DNA of 63,902 nt, counting the filler, from Olpidium bornovanus S191 (Eukaryota > Fungi > Olpidiomycota): the NCBI GenBank assembly GCA_017911155.1. It is 31 parts of 31 records of this genome, joined end to end, with 100 filler letters (N's around TTAATTAATTAA, not from the genome) between each part and the next. Parts side by side here need not be neighbours in the genome. Positions count along the whole stretch, not along the records: positions 48,747 to 50,367 come from JAEFCI010009287.1; positions 50,468 to 53,376 come from JAEFCI010008331.1; positions 53,477 to 55,560 come from JAEFCI010007531.1; positions 55,661 to 58,814 come from JAEFCI010011637.1; positions 58,915 to 59,999 come from JAEFCI010012626.1; 26 more parts are not named here. One strand, written 5' to 3'. Shown here one piece after another: positions 48,747-60,099 of this stretch (the stretch's first letter is position 1; every line of letters starts with the position of its first letter). The notes under the pieces are model-generated. The model made no database searches, was not told where the DNA came from, and saw nothing but the letters and a program-made list of their open reading frames with translations. A program made the position numbers and the translations under genes.

Positions 48747-50017
48747 TATCGAGAGGCACGCGTTACAACCGTGATTGTGCCACAGAATACTTCCATCAGG
48801 TAACGAGCGTTTACTTTGGACAACGCGATATGCGCGTAGACTAGCTTCGGTGTCCGTCGCTGTCATGACCAACGCCCGTTGAAAAAGGAGTTCGACCGCT
48901 TCCCAAAAATATTTCTGTCTCGTGGACAATTCTGCCTGGATGAGTTTGTCGACCGCGTCAGCAAATCGCAGTAGATCGGCTCCAGATACCCGAACTTGTC
49001 GAGCACCTTTGCCTCTTGCAAAACTGTGACTTTGTCCTGGTACGCTGCTGATGACAGAAGTCGGGCCTGCACGACAGTTAGATTCACCCCACACACGAGT
49101 CAGGCCGTTCCCGGACGCTCCCTACCAGCTCCAAGTAGCAGGTCGCCGCATCTTTGTGCCGCCCTTCCTCCGTGAACCGTGCGGAATCAGCAAAAAGGCT
49201 GTGTAGCTTGTGTCCGGCGAACCAGACATAACATATGAGCCTGCGGTCGTTGGCAGCCCAGCAAGGACGAGCAATTTTTAACAGTTGACATCGGCAAACC
49301 ATCCCCATACCTTTACGCATAGCTTGAGAATTACTATGTAATCCTCGTTATCCCTTTGCCTGTCCTCGAGTTCTTTCTTCGTCTTCGTGATGTCTAGCAG
49401 CCTGGCCGTGATCCCTTGCTGGAGCAACGAATAGCGCAAAATCGGATAGCGCGAAATTCATACCAGAGGAATATATACTAGAAGGGGGTGAGGCCCCGGC
49501 AGGGAATTTCCGGGCGCGTCGTAACTCAACCGACCTTTGGGTCCTCGATCTCGAATCGTACTGCTTTCAGACGATTAAGAACGTTCCATAACCTGCCCTC
49601 TAATTCGAACGAGCGGCGGTACGCTTCGGAAAACTCTCGGGAGCGACCAACCACTTTCTCATAGAAACGGGACTTGCGGCGGGCCCCAGACAAAACCGCT
49701 TCGTCAGGGCCCAAGTGCCGCTTCAAACGGTGACGCTCCAGCAGGAAAGGTCAGTGGCTCACTTTCGCAAGCGTTGTTTCCAACTGCAGTTGCCGGTGCA
49801 GCGCCTCTAGCCTGTCGGGTCCCAACAGCACGCCGGCCAGCAGCAGCTCGTCTTCGGCCCCTCCGTGTTGCTCTGCTGCGTAAGCGCGGCTGGCCTGCGT
49901 TGGGGAAATCCCCGCGGAGGCGAGCGTCTTCCTTTCGCCAGCCTCCGCGGCCCGCGCGACGAGGGTCCTGACCAGCTCGCTGGCCGGCCCGTCCGCATCC
50001 ACGGGCCCGGGGCGCAT
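48747..50017 (-). CDS. Multi-exon hypothetical helical protein
   Basis: Successive open segments ending at GT donors (…LETTLAK|GTGAG, …EIEDPK|GTCGG). Family not recognised. Confidence 0.35.
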
Positions 50018-50227
50018 GGCGCCACGGTTTCCTCGCCGCGTTCTCCTCAGAAATGTAAACGCGCGGCTGCAGCGCAAACCCGGGCCGCGACTTTCCGCCG
50101 CACAAGGACTCGCGGCACGGCGAGGCGAGGGAGGAAGCCCGGGAACGGTTTTTCCAGCAACGGTGGACGCGGAGGGAAGGGCGTCCGTCACCTGCGGGCG
50201 GCGAAGCGTGGTTTTGCCCGGAGTGGC

Positions 50228-50264
<37 letters not shown>

Positions 50265-50521
50265 CCCCCCCCCCCTTCCCCCCCCCGCCGGGGGAAAAAA
50301 AAAAAAAAAAAAAACCCCCCAAAAAATTCCAAAAAAAAAAAATCCAAAAAATCCAAAAAAAAAAAAANNNNNNNNNNNNNNNNNNNNNNNNNNNNNNNNN
50401 NNNNNNNNNNNTTAATTAATTAANNNNNNNNNNNNNNNNNNNNNNNNNNNNNNNNNNNNNNNNNNNNCATGTGCAGCTTTCGCGAACAGTAAGCGAAGTG
50501 ATGAGTACTTTAGGAGATACG

Positions 50522-51395
50522 TCAACTTCCTATATTTTTCGCAGCATCCTTGTCTTCGCCTTGATGGAGCGCAAGGAGTTGCTGGTAATTCTGGTACTGC
50601 TCCGCGAAGCCGTAGTGGAGAAAGTTTCCGCCGTGTCCGCTTTCGTTCTTTCAACCGGCGCCGCCCGACTCCCCCTTCACCTTCGCCATCTCCCTCTCCA
50701 CCTTCACCCTCTCTGCCGCCGTCTCCCCCTTCACCTTCACCATCTCCCTCTCCACCTTCGCCATCTCTGCCGCCGTCTCCCCCTTCACCTTCGCCATCTC
50801 CCTCTCCACCTTCGCCATCTCTGCCACCGTCTCCCCCTTCACCTTCGCCATCTCCCTCTCCACCTTCGCCATCTCTGCCGCCGTCTCCCCCTTCACCTTC
50901 GCCAACTCCCGCTGCACCTTCGCCATCTCTGCCGCCGTCTCCCCTTCACCTTCGCCATCTCCCTCTCCACTTCGTCAACTCCCTCTCCACCTTCGCCCTC
51001 TCTGCCGCCGTCTCCCCCTTCACCTTCGCTATCTCCCTCTCCACCTTCGCCATCTCTGCCGCCATCTCCCCCTTCACCTTCTCCATCTCCCCCTTCACCT
51101 TCGCCACCTCTGCCTTAATCCGCTCCTCAACGACTTCCACTTTGTGGGCACTTCGCGACTAAAGTTCGAGTAGTCGAGGAATCAATAGCAGTCTGGCATT
51201 ATGCGCGTTCTTCCAAGTCCGACTTACATAAAAGTTGCCCGCCGCAACGGCCGCAGCGAACCCAGTCAACGCCGCGCCGACCCAGCCAGCGTTGGCTCGC
51301 GGCCCCTCCAAAGTTTTGCTCTGTACCACGGATAGAAAAGAAATAGTCGCGGACGTCAAAACTAAGCAAACATGCTGAACCGCCCCGCGGGACAC
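50522..51395 (-). pseudogene. Transmembrane + 18-aa-repeat coiled-coil gene with frameshifts (pseudogene or assembly errors)
   Basis: Exon ending WVGAALTGFAAAVAAGNFY; intron 51227-51159 (GTAAGT...TAG); in-frame exon SRSAHKVEVVEERIKAE, then AKVKGETAAEMAKVEREM repeats; tail NFLHYGFAEQYQNYQQLL...IGS*. 1-nt indels near 50941, 50971 and 50665/50628. The 5' end is uncertain. Confidence 0.6.
50671..51116. repeat. 54-bp coding minisatellite, about 7-8 copies
   Basis: Unit cccccttcaccttcgccatctccctctccaccttcgccatctctgccgccgtct; clean copies at 50671, 50725, 50779, 50833 and 50887. Confidence 0.95.
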
Positions 51396-51883
51396 GCTAA
51401 AGATAGTCCCGGAACGGATGAATCTGCAGCTAAGCGTGTAGCTCGTTCTGGGCTTTGGTCGGTGTGCAGAAAGCTGTGTTTTTGGCTGCGGACAACTCTA
51501 ACGGGCTACCCTGGCACTGGCCTGCGCCACTTCCAATCCGTCTCCAGCTCTCCTCGCACTGCGGTGCGTCCTGGGGCACCTTTCGCGAATTCGCCGCTTC
51601 CGCGTCCGTGTCTCGCCTTTCAAACAACAGCTGGGCTGGGCGGGGCGCGGCCCAGGTGTTTTTTCCGCCCCAACCTGCGCCGCCCAACGGGAAGGGGACA
51701 CGGACTTGGCGCAAAGCATCACTCCGACGCCCCCCGACCGCGGCTTTTTCTTTTTCGCGCAGAGAGAGCCCGGCCGTACCTGACGGACGGCAAGGAAGAG
51801 AGAGAGCGCGCGCGCGCGCGCGAGAGAGAGAGAGACAGAGAGTGAGAGAGAGAGTGAGAGACAGAGAGACTGACAGTGAGAAA

Positions 51884-51925
<42 letters not shown>

Positions 51926-52214
51926 AGAGAGACAGAGAGTGAGAGTGAGGGGAGAGAGAGAGACAGAGAGGGAGCAGAGAGAGCGAGATAAGAGAGTGAG
52001 GGGAAGGCTTCGGCGGGAACGTCGAACACCGCCAGTTGTCCCCCAAACCCGGACTCGCATCCCGACTTCCTTAAGCCGACGCAGTCCCGTCGCCGCGCAC
52101 CGAAAGTGCTCGCAGGTTCTTGCCTCTCCCGTCTTGCCGCCTCCCGTCGCCTCGCCGTCGTCGTACTTCCCCTCGGCCTCGTCTCACCCCTCAACCCACT
52201 GGGAACGCACGAAA

Positions 52215-53214
52215 ATGATATACGTGTTCCTGCTGGATACCAGTTTTTCCATGAACCAGCGCCTGGACGGCTCTCTGTCCTGCCTCGAGCTGGCGAAGAG
52301 CGGGATCGAGCACTTTGTAAAGGTCGTTTTTCCTGGCCGGCTGTGTTTTGTCTTATGTAGCTCACCACCGCCCACGGCAATGGCTGCCCCGAGCGCCCGC
52401 GCTGCCGTCGTTGCTCACCTAAAAAAACCACTGAGCCGGTTCCCTATCCTCGTGGCCGCTTAGGCTGTCAGCGAGCGCCGGAACCACGTCCAGGACGATC
52501 AACACAAGCACACACACTACATGCTCATCACGTACGATTCGCTCAACTGCATAAAGGTATCGGGACGGCGTCACCCAAATGTGTCAGCGCAACTCTCGGG
52601 CGCGCGAACTGACGCGCCATTCGCAAAAAAAACGGTGTATTTTCGTATCCTATACAGACGGGTATTAAGGACGACGAGCGTTCCCTTCTGAACGAGCTCA
52701 AGTACCTCACCGCGAGCGATTTGTCTTCCCCGTCTGCATCACTGTCAGCCCTGTTCCATCACCTGGACGTTTACAGGATCCATAGAAACCTTGAAACTCC
52801 AGGAAGAGGCATGTTTCCGGGCATCTCTGAACCGACGGTCATCCTATGGTTTACGGACGGCGGAATGATGACTTCTCCGGAAGGCGTCACGGACAGGGTA
52901 AGCCGAAGAGGACGCGCGCGTGTGCCCACTTTGACGGCGGAACCAGTCGCTGAGCGCGGCGACGCCGTATTCTAGAGTTGTGCTCATCCTGGCTGGGCCT
53001 GCCGTGACTCTGTCAAAGGGGGATTCGCACCAGGGTCGCTGAAAATAATTTGCGTTCCATTGCGGGCAGCTCAACATTACCCATTCTCAACCGGGAAACC
53101 AGATATACCCGCTTGAGCCGTTCAGGTGGGATCAACGCCTATACACCATCTTCCTGCATCCTCCAGGGACCAAGATGAACTGGGAGATCAAGCTGATGTC
53201 TGAGGCCACCGGAG
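52215..53214 (+). CDS. INTS6: Integrator complex subunit 6 homolog, N-terminal VWA domain; exons 52215-52322, 52464-52556, 52658-52897, 53070-53214
   Basis: MIYVFLLDTSFSMNQR...LAKSGIEHFVK|...YMLITYD|...LLNELKYL...EPTVILWFTDG...|...EPFRWDQRLY...EATGG follows the INTS6 motif order (DTSASMNQR, YMLVTF, NELKNL, EPFRWDQRL). All joins are phase-consistent. Confidence 0.92.
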
Positions 53215-53476
53215 GTATGTCGCTAAAGTGTTACCCCGCTTTGCTTGCAAAAAAAATAATCGTGTTGTACTAATTCGATTGCCAACGGGTTCAATGCGGA
53301 AATGTCACCCGCGGTCAAGGATGGGCCCACGCTGTGTCAGAATTCAGGCAGTTGAAGCATTTGTTAGGCAGCATGCNNNNNNNNNNNNNNNNNNNNNNNN
53401 NNNNNNNNNNNNNNNNNNNNTTAATTAATTAANNNNNNNNNNNNNNNNNNNNNNNNNNNNNNNNNNNNNNNNNNNN

Positions 53477-54298
53477 CATGCGGGAGACCGCACTTCGTTT
53501 CCATATGATGCGGCCGGAGATGACGTAGACGACGACGTTGAAGCCGAAGATCACTGCGACGTCCGGAACATCGCCGAAAGAACTCCGGGTTAGCACGGCG
53601 AGGGGCCGAGGGTTACGGAACATCGAGCACCGGAGCAATTGGCCAGCCGAATTTGAGGCTAATAACGCCACCACCTACCCCAAAGCGGAACGAAAAACAA
53701 ACAAATCCGCCAAATTTTGTATTCGTACGAGATCCAGCACCACAGGCCGGCTGTCGCGTACATGGGCGGGTCGCGTACAAACAGTGGCGGGACCGCGAAT
53801 AGCAGTGGGATACCATAGCCGACTAGCACGTAATACAGCTCGTACCGTCGGAGGTCCGCAACGCCTCGATTAAGGTACAGGATAAGCAGCAGATTCATCC
53901 CGATTATGGAAACCCAAAGGCAGCTGGACAAATCTCCCCAGAATATGAGCGCCCCTTGTGTTTGGCAGAGGACGCTCTCGTTCCCGGCAAGGGGGCCGGC
54001 CCTGTCGGGGAAGGTTTTCGTAGCACACCAGCGGTGGTGAGTCGATTACGGGTCGCGGCACGCCGTCGAACCCGACTGAAGCACAAACTTACTGTCCAAT
54101 GACCTTTACCGACATCGTTATTAGGTCTGCTACGGCCAAGTAGCAGGTGACTTTCGCAGCCTGCGAGTGGTAACTCTTGCAGAAGGCGTACATGACGATA
54201 ACCGCGATGGACCCGGTCAAAGACAGTACTGCCGCCATGGTCGTGACGAGGTCCAGTCGGCGTTTGTCGACGCCCTGCCAAGATTCGATTGCTGCCAT
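53477..54298 (-). CDS. cAMP-receptor-like (Dictyostelium CAR / GCR1-type) GPCR, 5' part
   Basis: LSLTGSIAVIVMY...KVTCYLAVADL, LWVSIIGMNLLL...YELYYVLVGYGIPLL...AGLWCWIS...RICLFFVPLW, and a further TM helix VIFGFNVVVY. Confidence 0.85.
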
Positions 54299-55660
54299 CG
54301 TCGTGGACGATGTCACGGGTGGCGGGCTCCGCCTTACTAGCCAGTTCGCGGCGCGGCGCGACCGGCGCCCTCCGTTATAGCCGGACTAGCCCCGGCCGAC
54401 CCAGGGAAAGAAGGCAGGGACTCGTGCTCAGCAGCTTTTTTTTGGCTCCTCCGCTGTGCCGCTCGTGAGATGGGTGTGTGTGTGTGCGTGTGTGTTTGCG
54501 GCGGGGGCGTGGGTGCGGCGTGTGGCGAAGATGCGTATGTTCGCAAACAGGTGGCGGGTTCGGACGCGGGGGGGGCGTGACCGCTGCAGGCGGCCGTTTC
54601 CAGGCGGGCCGGGCGGGGGGGGCACTGGGAAGGAAGGAGGGAGGGATGGCGGGGCAAAGGACGCGGGGAGGGGAGGACGGAGCGCGCGCGGGGGGGCGCG
54701 TGTCGAAAGCGGAAAGGCGCGTGTGCGGCCGGTCTCGGCGGGGCGTGGCAGCGGGGCGTTCAATCCGTTCCTCACCTCCTTTTCCCTCGCGGACGGAACG
54801 GGCGGCGTGTGCGTGGCGCGGGACAGCGTTGGTGTGAAGGCGGCGGACAGAAAAAGATTCGGAAGAAAAAAGAAGAAAAAAAAAAATCTGGATGGCTGCC
54901 AAAGGGTGGCGATCTCCAAAGACTGCGGAGCAGGTTTGATCACGCGGCCCGCAGAGCGCGCTCCACCAGCATGTGCAACGCTGCTCCTCGCTCGAGGGAG
55001 CGGGATCTGTGCCCGTGGTCGCCCCGTGGTTGGAATTCTCCCTATTTTTCGGAAACAAACCGCTGCCTTTTTCCAACACCAGTTTTTTCTGATTCTCCGA
55101 CCTGCATTGGTCGACTCCCTGTCATGCTTGCAGTCGTGTTGCGTGGGCGGCAGAGTCTGCTTGTTATCGAAACGACCCCACCCGCTGCACAGGAAGCGTT
55201 TTGAATGGCCCAGCCTTTTACGCAGGAGGGATGCGACTGGTCACGTTGCCCATTACAAAGCATGATTAATTGCGCGAGGCTTCTTGTCAATGCCCAGGAA
55301 TTGACTTTGAATCAATGCGTTGCCACGTCATGGATGCGGGGGGGCATTCTGGCTCTTAACGACCAACACTCGCTCGCGATGCGGGGCTGATGAATGTCAT
55401 AGCAGCTTACCTCTACAGATTGCTCGACACATCGAATCACATGAAGGTTCTTCCAGTTCTTGCCGAGGTGTGGAAGAGTTTCCACTACTACCAAAACTGG
55501 CTACGATAAGATCAGCGAATACAACAAGGGCACAAGGGATCGACAACGCGATTCGGAGAANNNNNNNNNNNNNNNNNNNNNNNNNNNNNNNNNNNNNNNN
55601 NNNNTTAATTAATTAANNNNNNNNNNNNNNNNNNNNNNNNNNNNNNNNNNNNNNNNNNNN

Positions 55661-58041
55661 CAGGGCCGGGTCGTTCCACCAGCGCCGGACCTCGGCAAGC
55701 CGTTTGCGGTCCCACACCTCGTCCAAGGCGCAGAAGCGACCGTCGTCGTCCCGGCAAGCGTCGACGCCGCCTTCGGCCATGAGTCTGTCCCACTCTGCCA
55801 GCCCTTCGGCAGGCGTGTAGCAACCGGGCACCAGGTTCGCCAAGGACTCCTCGCGCGACCGCACGTCCATGCCGGACGCCGCTCTCAATTTCGAGAACAC
55901 CAGCCGCTCGAGAGTTTCGCGCACTGCGGCGAGATCAACGGCAGAGCTTGGCAGGCATTCGGTGAGCCGCGTGAAGACAGCGAGCTCCGTTGTGCAACTG
56001 AGAAGCTCGACGCGGATCGCCTGGAGGAGGGATGCCGAATAAGCGCAGACGAGCTCAGCAAGCGGAATATGGCCCGGTCGCCACGAGCATTCGGCAACCG
56101 CTGGTGGCGTGGAAGGGTAAGCGAGCTCCTCCGTGCATAGGAAGAACTGGTCCCAAAGATAAACGGTGACGCGAATGTCGCATGTGCCTGGCGCCGCAAC
56201 GTTGAGCGGGTCGGAATCGGTGAGCGGGGTAAATTCGCGAACGTAACGGCGTGGATTTTGCTCCTTCCTTTCTCGCCCTTACCCACGAACAGGCGACGCG
56301 CAACGTGCCAAGTTACTGCGGAAAAATCGTGGCCGGCAGCTTTCGTCACGTTGTCAAGGTGGGCATGGAGTTCCGCGTCGATCAGCTTCAGCGCCTTCTC
56401 CGCGCCGGAAAGCGAGTCGCTTGACGAATCCTGGTTGACAGCATGGCCGATAAGCCGTCCAGTCCACCGTCAACATCGCCAACGAAAGACGCGCGTCTTC
56501 CGTACTTTCCGAAAGACCTCCGGAAGCCTCCTCCAAAATGCCAGGAGGGTTTTTGCAACAACGGCAATTCCATCGGAGTCGTCCGCTCGTTGCCGATGAA
56601 AAATTTGCCGTCTGGACTCGCGGTCCGCCAATGATCCCAGAGCGTTTCGGCGATCGCCGGACGGCCCGTATCCCAGCCCGTCGCAGGGCCACGAGTCCAG
56701 CAAGAACCTCCCGCGCTCGGAAAGCTCATTGGCGCGCGGGCAACCTTGTACAACCTCCTCCTCATACACAAGAAGGAACGGGACAACGTAGTCGAATGCC
56801 CTCTCGTGCCGCTCAGGGCAGTTGTCGAAGCCAGCCATTGTTGTCGACGCTTCCGACTCATAGAAGTAGAGCAGGACCTTGTGCATCGCGGTTAAGAACT
56901 GCGGCGATGCGGAGTAAGGCTTCAGCACTGGAAACGCCGCCAGGTATGACTGACACCTTTCCGAGAGGCGCAAACAGGTGTCAGAATCGGCGCCCGAGCT
57001 CCTGCAGAAAAATCGCTCGCCTCAAGCAAATACGCACCGGTAGTAGAGGTTTGGCATCAAACGAGTCATCCTTTCCACTCGCGCCGACCGTAGAAACTCT
57101 CGAATGTCTACCTTACGAAAATTTGATCGAAATTAGAGACATTGACCGAAAGCAAGGGTTTGACCGTTTACGGTTAGCGGGCAGCCATCGCAGTACGAGG
57201 ACGAACGGGGCGTACTCGTCGAAGGCGTCTGGAGACGGAACTGCCGCCTTACCGCCACGACTTTGCCGCCTCGCCCCTGAACAACCGCTCGGGAACCCAG
57301 ACCCGCGCACTCCCAAATGGACTTGCGCAGATCCGTTGGCAGCTTGGCGTTCAGGCATATGGCAAGGCGCGGACGAAGTTCGGGACGTCGGTCGAGGATG
57401 TGCTCGGCCGCTGCCGAGACGCGTTCGAAGGACACCTCAAGCTGCAAGAAAGCAGAAGCCGGATCGAATGAGTTCGGTTTCCGCAGAACAGAAAGGCGGG
57501 AAGCTGGACGAAGCACACTGGACCTGCTGGCCTCTAGGTCGTCCAACCAGTCCTCCGTTCCCCTAGAACCCGACCTCCCCCCGTCGTGTCCGACCTTGGA
57601 TCGCACGCGACCGTCCGGTCCTGCGCGCCGACGGGCCCCGAGGCAGGCGTCCGCAAGGGCAGCATCTACCGCGGCTCCGATCTCCTCGCGGAGCCTCCAG
57701 TATAAGCCGTCCGGACCGGCGGCGAGTTCGCGCTCGACCGCGGGCGCCAGCGCTTCGGCCAGGGTCTCCGGGTCTCCCCCGGTCCCGCCCCCGTCGGGCG
57801 CGAGGCGAAGGCACGCGTCTCGGACTTCCCTCCGGAGCCGCCTGTACACGGCGGAGTGGTGCCGCAGGTGGTGCAGGACGCCCGACACCCACCAGCCGCC
57901 GTGTTCCAGGCGGCGGTCTTCGCCGGGGGCGGCGGCGGCGCGGCTCGACGGCACGGCGCCCTTGTCGACGGCGGGGGCTGCGACGGCGCTTTCGGCATCG
58001 CGCGCCGGTGGAATCGGGAGCAGCAGCGGCGCGCGCCTCAT
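55661..58041 (-). CDS. Multi-exon protein with TBC/Rab-GAP-like motifs
   Basis: LPTDLRKSIW and, by hand translation, VYLWDQFFL resemble TBC motifs. Assignment weak. Confidence 0.4.
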
Positions 58042-58177
58042 TGCTATGGCGTCGGCGGTTGCGGGCGGCGGCGAAGGCGGCGGCTGTTCCCGTAAACGTC
58101 CGCGCGGTGGGGTTTTCCTTCTCCGTGTCTGGCGTTTTTGCACAGTCCAGCCGAAATCATATTGTCTTCTGCGCCGC

Positions 58178-58280
58178 CATGATCATGATCATGAGCATTC
58201 ATCACATTATCATCATTCATCACTATCATCATCATCATCATCATCATTCATCACCATCATCACCATCACCATCATCACCC
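58178..58280. repeat. Degenerate (CAT/CAC)n trinucleotide repeat
   Basis: catgatcatgatcat...catcatcatcatcat...caccatcaccatcatcac. Confidence 0.85.
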
Positions 58281-58984
58281 CAGCCGCCCCCGCTGCCGAA
58301 GCCACGGCACGCCGTACCATGGCGCCCGAACCCGAGCCCCGGGCCCCGAGCCAAGGCCGCAGCAACAACCTGAGCCGGGATTCGCGGGTTAGCAGGGTTT
58401 CGCGGGAGTCGCAGATTCGCCAGGGTTCGCTGATTCGCAAAATTCGCGGGTTTCGCGGGATTCCCGAAACTCCGGCGCGCCGTTTCTAGCCGCCGTGCGA
58501 TGGCGGTGGAGGGAGTGTGGCCGTGTCCACACATTGGGAGCAGGCGCGTCGTGCCGCGCGCGTGTGCACTTCGGCGCGGTATTTCCGCCACGTTAAGCTC
58601 ACAGTGCGCTGCGCGAGCGCGCAGTTTTGCCGACAGTTGCGTGCTGCAGCAGGGGTCGGCTAGCCCTAAGCCCAAGTGCATTATGAGACGGAATTTCGTC
58701 CGTCCTCAGGCTAGAGAAGAGCAACCGAATGTGACTCCGGAAATACGCCGTCGTGCGGCGATTGCTTTTGCGCTGACAAGAAGGGAAACCGCCTGCGTTG
58801 CGTGCGCCGACATGNNNNNNNNNNNNNNNNNNNNNNNNNNNNNNNNNNNNNNNNNNNNTTAATTAATTAANNNNNNNNNNNNNNNNNNNNNNNNNNNNNN
58901 NNNNNNNNNNNNNNAGGGGAAAAAGAGGGGAAAAAAAAAAAAAAAAAAAAAAAAAGTGCGGGTGCGAGGCGTTGGAGAACGTGG

Positions 58985-59999
58985 ACTCAAGGTTCACCTT
59001 CTGCTTCCTCGGCATCTTGATCCTCGCTGTCGAAAGTGTAGTACCCTGCCGGGCTGATCACCGTAGCCGCCGAAATGCGCGCTATCTGGCATCGAAGGTA
59101 CTGAGCCTCGGACCCGTTGAACGGCGGGTACGAAACGATCTGCAAACGCGGGCCTAGTCATTTATCACTTTTCCCCGTGACGAGCAGAGTTTGGTTCCCC
59201 GTGTCGCGTAACATGCCTTCGTCGACAGGTTCCCGGTAAAATACTTGCGGATTTTGCGCGCAACCTGCAGCTTTTCCGGGATCGCGTCGGGAAGGCAGTG
59301 CCACTGGCCGCCGGCTGCGAAAAAAAATGTCAAAGCAAGAGCGTGACGCCCGCGGATCAGAGATTGGTCTACACCCGCCCAATCGCTTCAAATATCCCGA
59401 AGGGAGACCGACGCGCGGTCAAAGACCCGGGCGGTTACGCACGGATGTTGCACACGTAGTAGGTGTACTTGTTGGAGCCCGTTCCGATCTCGGGCGGCAC
59501 GACCGGTGTGACCGGCTGCTTGGGCCGCGGCACCACCGTACCAGGCTCGAACCAGTAGTGGACGTTCCCGTCCTCGTCCGCGCAGCCGATCTCCTGGTAC
59601 CGCCTGGGCGCCTCGCTCGGCCTGTCCCCGCCTTCCTCCCCTTCCTCGCCGCCGGCACCCTCCGCATCCCGGTCGTTCTCGCCTTCGCTCTTGTTCGCGG
59701 TCGACTCCAGCTGCGCCTCGTCACGCGCCCCGTCTTTCGTCTCCGCCTCCACCACGTAGTAGTCCGCCTGCGTGCCCAAGATCTTGCCCCAAAGCCGGAC
59801 GGATTTGAGGTTACGCTCCTCCACCAGTTTGCGCAGGGACAGCAGCAGGAGGAACGTTTCCTCGCGACCGAAAGAAACCTGTGAACAAAATCAGCCCCTG
59901 GCAAAACCACGAAAACCAAAAAAAGCCTTTTCTGAACTCCGATCTGGCGTTCGGCCACGACTCACCCCTCCCCATTCGAAAAGGTTCGCCAACTCCATG
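58985..59999 (-). CDS. RSPH4/6: Flagellar radial spoke head protein 4/6 family, internal exons
   Basis: ANLFEW|...[14 protein letters not shown]...[20 protein letters not shown]...[13 protein letters not shown]|...[23 protein letters not shown]|...[31 protein letters not shown]. Confidence 0.93.
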
Positions 60000-60099
60000 N
60001 NNNNNNNNNNNNNNNNNNNNNNNNNNNNNNNNNNNNNNNNNNNTTAATTAATTAANNNNNNNNNNNNNNNNNNNNNNNNNNNNNNNNNNNNNNNNNNNN

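Noticed and set aside
57317-58489. Long Arg/Pro/Ala-rich ORFs here and elsewhere (e.g. 7576-8604, 29748-30842, 51430-52431, 56538-57566)
   Set aside because: Shadow frames caused by high GC content, microsatellites and antisense overlap with real genes.
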